Below are positions 58,642 through 64,000 of a stretch of DNA of 64,000 nucleotides, in pieces. How positions within the stretch are numbered: the stretch's first letter is position 1; the number at the start of each line of letters is the position of its first letter. A program made the translations under genes and the position numbers. Source of the stretch: Candidatus Multivoradales bacterium (GTDB taxonomy: Bacteria; Acidobacteriota; Thermoanaerobaculia; Multivoradales; Multivoraceae); the NCBI GenBank assembly GCA_965223325.1, contig CBDCWI010000002.1:2400001-2464000 (forward strand). The letters are read 5' to 3'. The notes below the pieces were generated by a model. That model saw only the letters and a list, made by a program, of their open reading frames with translations, was not told where the DNA came from and did no database searches.

Positions 58642-61600
58642 TCAGTCGCTCTCGAAGATCCCCGAGGGCAGGCTGCGGATCTCTTCTTCGCCGAAGTCGA
58701 AGAAGAGTTCCTCGGTGGTCTCTTCGACCGGCTGATAGGGCTCTTCCATGTGGAAGTCGTGATAGACGTGCATGCCGGTACCGGCCGGGATCAAGCGACC
58801 CACGGTGACGTTCTCTTTGAGCCCACGCAGGAAGTCCACCTTGCCGCTGATGGCGGCTTCGGTGAGCACCCGGGTGGTTTCCTGGAAGGAAGCCGCCGAG
58901 ACCCAGCTCTCGGTCGAGAGCGAGGCCTTGGTGATGCCGAGCAGGAGCGGACGGCCGATGGCGGGTTGGCCGCCGGCGGCGATGACGCGCTCGTTCTCTT
59001 CCTGGAAGGCCCAACGATGCACCTGCTCGTCGATCAGGAAATCGGTGTCGCCGACATCTTGGATCTTCACCGAGCGCATCATCTGGCGCACGATGACTTC
59101 GATGTGCTTGTCGTTGATGGCAACCGACTGCGAACGGTACACCTCCTGGATCTTGTCGACCAGGTAGCGCTGCAGCTCCTTCTCACCCAGAACCTGCAGA
59201 ACGTCGTGCGGATCGATCTGACCGTCGATCAGCTGATCGCCGGCGTGAACCCGCTCGCCTTCCTGCACGTTGACGTGGATGTGACGCGGAATCTGGTACT
59301 CGCGACCCTCGCCATCGTCTGAGACGACGGTGACGATGCGATTGCCCTTGACGATGTCGCCGAGCGCGACCGTACCGTCGATCTCCGAGATGATCGCCGG
59401 GTTCTTCGGCTTGCGGGCCTCGAAGAGTTCCTGGACGCGCGGCAAACCACCGGTAATGTCCTTGGTCTTCGTTGTCTCGCGCGGAATCTTCGCCAGGGTG
59501 TCGCCAGGATGAATCACATCGCCGTCGTTGACAACCAGATGCGAACCGGTCGGCAAGAGGTAACGACGGTCGTCGCCACTCTTGGCCTTGACCACCATCG
59601 CCGGAATGCGCTTCTCGTTCTGCGACGCCTCGACGATGATGCGCTGCGAAAGACCGGTGACCTTGTCGGTGTCCTCGCGAACGTTCTCACCCTCGATGAG
59701 GTCCTGGAACTCGACCTTGCCGCCAACCTCCGAAAGGATGACCGAGGTGAAGGGGTCCCACTCGAGGAGCTCGGTGCCGGGCTCGATCTCCTGCCCCTCG
59801 CTGACCAGCAGATGTGAGCCGTAGGTGAGCGCGTAGCGCTCCTTCTCGCGACCCTGCTTGTCCATGATGAGCAGCTTGCCGTTGCGGTTGACGACCACCA
59901 GGTCTTTGTCTTTCGAATCGACCGTGGTGACGTTGAGGAACTTGACCGTGCCGCCGTTGCGTGAGGTGTGCTTCGACTGCTCGGAGACGCGGCTCGCCGT
60001 ACCACCGAAATGGAAGGTACGCATGGTGAGCTGAGTCCCGGGCTCGCCGATCGACTGGGCTGCGATGACGCCGACCGCTTCGCCGATCTCGACGATGCGC
60101 CCGACAGCCAGGTTGCGGCCGTAGCACTTGATGCAAACCCCGCGACGGGTGCCGCAGGTGAGAACCGAGCGAATCTTGACGCGTTCGATACCGGCGGCCT
60201 GAATTGCGTTGGCGACCGGCTCGGTGACTTCCTGGCCCATTTCGACAAGCGCCTCGCCGGTCATCGGGTCGTAGATGTCGTCCTGGGCCGTACGGCCAAC
60301 GATGCGGTCGCGCAGGTTCTCGAGGATGTCGCCACCCTCCATGATCGCCGTCACGGTGATGCCATCGGTGGTTTCGCAGTCTTCCTCGGTGACGATGACG
60401 TCTTGCGAAACATCGACCAGACGACGGGTCAGGTACCCCGAGTCGGCGGTCTTGAGAGCGGTGTCGGCAAGACCCTTGCGCGCGCCATGCGTCGAAATGA
60501 AGTACTGCAAAACCGAAAGACCCTCGCGGAAGTTCGCGGTGATCGGGGTTTCCATGACTTCGCCACTCGGCTTCGACATCAGACCGCGCATACCGGCCAG
60601 CTGGCGAACCTGCTCGCGCGAACCACGCGCGCCAGAATCTGCCATCAGGTTGATCGGGTTGTAGACCTTGGTGGTCTCCTCGTGGTCGGTCATCGCTTTG
60701 AACATCTCCTCCGAGACCTTCTCGGTGGCGCGATGCCAGATGTCGATGATCTTGTTGTGACGCTCACCCGCGGTGATGACGCCCGCCGAACGCTGGCTCT
60801 CGATCTCGAGCACCGATTCACGCGCGCTGCCCAGGAGCTTGACCTTGGTCTCCGGAATGACCATGTCGTCAACACCGAAGGAGATGCCGGCAAGGGTGGC
60901 GTGCTTGAAACACACCTTCTTCATCTCATCGAGCATCTTGACGGTCAACTCGTTGCCCGACTTGATGTACGAGAACCCGACGAGATCTTGAAGACCACGC
61001 TTCTTGAGCAGGCCGTTCACGAACGGCATCTGCTCCGGAAGACTCTGGTTGAAGATCACACGCCCGACTGTGGTGTCGATGACTTTGCCGTCGAGAACTT
61101 CGATCTCGGCATGCACGACGTCCTGCGAGTCGTTCTCGGCCTCGAGGTTGATGTACTCGCCCTCGAGACGCATCCGAATCGGGGTCTGGGTCTCGATGAG
61201 CCCGGCCTGAAGAGCCATGAGGACCTCGTCGGCACTGCCGAAGACGCGCCCTTCGCCCTTCGCGCCAGGGCGCGAAAGCGTCAACCAGTAGCCGCCGAGC
61301 ACCATGTCCTGCGAGGGCACGGCCAACGGACGACCATGCGCCGGTGACAACAGGTTGCGCGACGACATCATCAAGACGTGGCTCTCGATCTGCGCCTTCG
61401 GAGACAGCGGCAGGTGAACAGCCATCTGGTCACCGTCGAAGTCGGCGTTGAACGCCGCACAGACGAGTGGGTGAATCTGGATCGCCTTACCTTCGATCAA
61501 GACAGGCTGGAAGGCCTGAATGCCAAGGCGGTGCAAAGTCGGTGCGCGGTTGAGCAGCACCGGGTGGTCTTGGATGACCTCTTCGAGCGCGTCCCAGACG

Positions 61601-62820
61601 ACGTCCTCTTCACGCTCGACCATCTCTTTGGCGGCCTTGATGGTGCCGCAGTACTCGCGTTCCTCGAGCCAGTTGTAGATGAAGGGTTTGAACAGCTCGA
61701 GCGCCATCTTCTTCGGCAACCCGCACTGATTGAGCTTGAGCTCGGGACCAACGACAATGACCGAACGGCCTGAGTAGTCGACGCGCTTACCAAGCAGGTT
61801 CTGGCGGAAGCGACCTTGCTTGCCCTTCAGGGTGTCGGAGAGCGACTTGAGCGGTCGGTTGTTCGAGCCCTTGAGAACACGACCGCGGCGACCGTTGTCG
61901 AACAGGGCGTCGACCGCTTCTTGAAGCATGCGCTTCTCGTTGCGCACGATGACCTCGGGCGCCCGCAGCTCGAGCAACTTCTTGAGGCGGTTGTTGCGGT
62001 TGATCACACGCCGGTAGAGGTCGTTCAGGTCAGAGGTCGCAAAGCGGCCACCATCGAGAGGCACCAGCGGGCGCAGCTCGGGGGGAATGACCGGAATGAC
62101 TTCGAGGATCATCCACTCGGGGCGATGACCACTGCGGCGGAAGGCGTTGACCACCTTGAGGCGCTTTGCCGCCTTGAGCCGGCGAATCTGGCTCGTGTCG
62201 GTGCGCATGACGATGCGCAGCTCTTCGGCGAGCTCCTCGACCTCGATCCGCGACAGCATTTCCTTGATCGCCTCGGCACCCATGCGAGCGTCGAAGTTCT
62301 CTTCACCGACCTCATCGCGCAGCTCCCGATACTGCTCTTCGGTGAGGAGTTCCTTCTCTTCGAGCTCGGTCTCACCGGGGTCGATGACGACGTAGCTCTC
62401 GAAGTAGAGGATGCGCTCGAGGTTGCGCAGGCTCAAATCGAGAAGGTGACCGATACGGCTCGGCAGGCCCTTGAAGAACCAGACGTGGCTCACCGGGCTG
62501 GCGAGCTCGATGTGGCCCATGCGCTCACGGCGCACGCGCGAACGGGTCACCTCGACGCCGCACTTGTCGCATACGACGCCGCGATGTTTCATGCGCTTGT
62601 ACTTACCGCACAGGCACTCCCAGTCGGTGATCGGGCCAAAAATCTTGGCGCAAAAGAGACCGTCACGTTCGGGCTTGAACGTTCGGTAGTTGATCGTCTC
62701 CGCCTTAGTGACCTCGCCAAAGCTCCACGACCGGATTTTTTCCGGCGAAGCGATCGAGATCTTGAGGGCGTTGAAGTCCCTGCTTGCCTGCTGCTTATCG
62801 AGAGTCGCGATCGGCTGCAA
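58642..62820 (-). CDS. rpoC: RNA polymerase beta' subunit
   Basis: [25 protein letters not shown]; TTG start with AGGAGG SD. Confidence 0.99.
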   Translation of the reverse strand: MQPIATLDKQQASRDFNALKISIASPEKIRSWSFGEVTKAETINYRTFKPERDGLFCAKIFGPITDWECLCGKYKRMKHRGVVCDKCGVEVTRSRVRRERMGHIELASPVSHVWFFKGLPSRIGHLLDLSLRNLERILYFESYVVIDPGETELEEKELLTEEQYRELRDEVGEENFDARMGAEAIKEMLSRIEVEELAEELRIVMRTDTSQIRRLKAAKRLKVVNAFRRSGHRPEWMILEVIPVIPPELRPLVPLDGGRFATSDLNDLYRRVINRNNRLKKLLELRAPEVIVRNEKRMLQEAVDALFDNGRRGRVLKGSNNRPLKSLSDTLKGKQGRFRQNLLGKRVDYSGRSVIVVGPELKLNQCGLPKKMALELFKPFIYNWLEEREYCGTIKAAKEMVEREEDVVWDALEEVIQDHPVLLNRAPTLHRLGIQAFQPVLIEGKAIQIHPLVCAAFNADFDGDQMAVHLPLSPKAQIESHVLMMSSRNLLSPAHGRPLAVPSQDMVLGGYWLTLSRPGAKGEGRVFGSADEVLMALQAGLIETQTPIRMRLEGEYINLEAENDSQDVVHAEIEVLDGKVIDTTVGRVIFNQSLPEQMPFVNGLLKKRGLQDLVGFSYIKSGNELTVKMLDEMKKVCFKHATLAGISFGVDDMVIPETKVKLLGSARESVLEIESQRSAGVITAGERHNKIIDIWHRATEKVSEEMFKAMTDHEETTKVYNPINLMADSGARGSREQVRQLAGMRGLMSKPSGEVMETPITANFREGLSVLQYFISTHGARKGLADTALKTADSGYLTRRLVDVSQDVIVTEEDCETTDGITVTAIMEGGDILENLRDRIVGRTAQDDIYDPMTGEALVEMGQEVTEPVANAIQAAGIERVKIRSVLTCGTRRGVCIKCYGRNLAVGRIVEIGEAVGVIAAQSIGEPGTQLTMRTFHFGGTASRVSEQSKHTSRNGGTVKFLNVTTVDSKDKDLVVVNRNGKLLIMDKQGREKERYALTYGSHLLVSEGQEIEPGTELLEWDPFTSVILSEVGGKVEFQDLIEGENVREDTDKVTGLSQRIIVEASQNEKRIPAMVVKAKSGDDRRYLLPTGSHLVVNDGDVIHPGDTLAKIPRETTKTKDITGGLPRVQELFEARKPKNPAIISEIDGTVALGDIVKGNRIVTVVSDDGEGREYQIPRHIHVNVQEGERVHAGDQLIDGQIDPHDVLQVLGEKELQRYLVDKIQEVYRSQSVAINDKHIEVIVRQMMRSVKIQDVGDTDFLIDEQVHRWAFQEENERVIAAGGQPAIGRPLLLGITKASLSTESWVSAASFQETTRVLTEAAISGKVDFLRGLKENVTVGRLIPAGTGMHVYHDFHMEEPYQPVEETTEELFFDFGEEEIRSLPSGIFESD

Positions 62821-62973
62821 AGGGGAGCCTCCTTGTTCCTATTGGGTCGAACGGGTAAGGGTCGTTCGAGGATGTCTGGGATGAGATTGGTTCGAGGTCG
62901 AAAGAGTGGCTGTTTAAAGGCCGATGGTCGAGAGAGCTTGTTGCCCGAAAGGGCAGTACCGGGTTCCAGGCCC

Positions 62974-64000
<1,027 letters not shown>

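Overview
GC-rich bacterial chromosome segment. The RpoA N-terminus (MLWKGFQRPK) and the secreted-protein and kinase architectures suggest Acidobacteriota, which is an inference. 1-15.6 kb is an accessory or defence-like region: a lipase-like effector with an adjacent lipoprotein, a decayed ISL3 joined to an HNH remnant, an intact DUF222-HNH gene, a PLD-helicase-DUF3427 gene, vapBC, a sulfatase fragment and a kinase-FGE-hydrolase fusion. 15.6-34.6 kb holds a PilT-family ATPase, a mixed-orientation glycan cluster, lexA, an M16 peptidase pair, a G-rich repeat and an EF-G paralog. 34.6-64 kb is the rpoBC-str-S10-spc-alpha supercluster on the minus strand. It lacks rpsD and rpsN, and a wzm-wzt-methyltransferase block sits between rpoC and rpsL. 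Three signals stand out. (i) A candidate LexA operator, TACG-N7-TACG, occurs twice on the lexA promoter and once on the DUF222-HNH promoter. (ii) That HNH locus also has a 16-bp palindrome both inside and upstream of the gene. (iii) A 161-bp array between rplR and rpsE alternates copies of the rpsE 5' end with a hairpin element. All family calls come from motifs read by eye; no searches were run.
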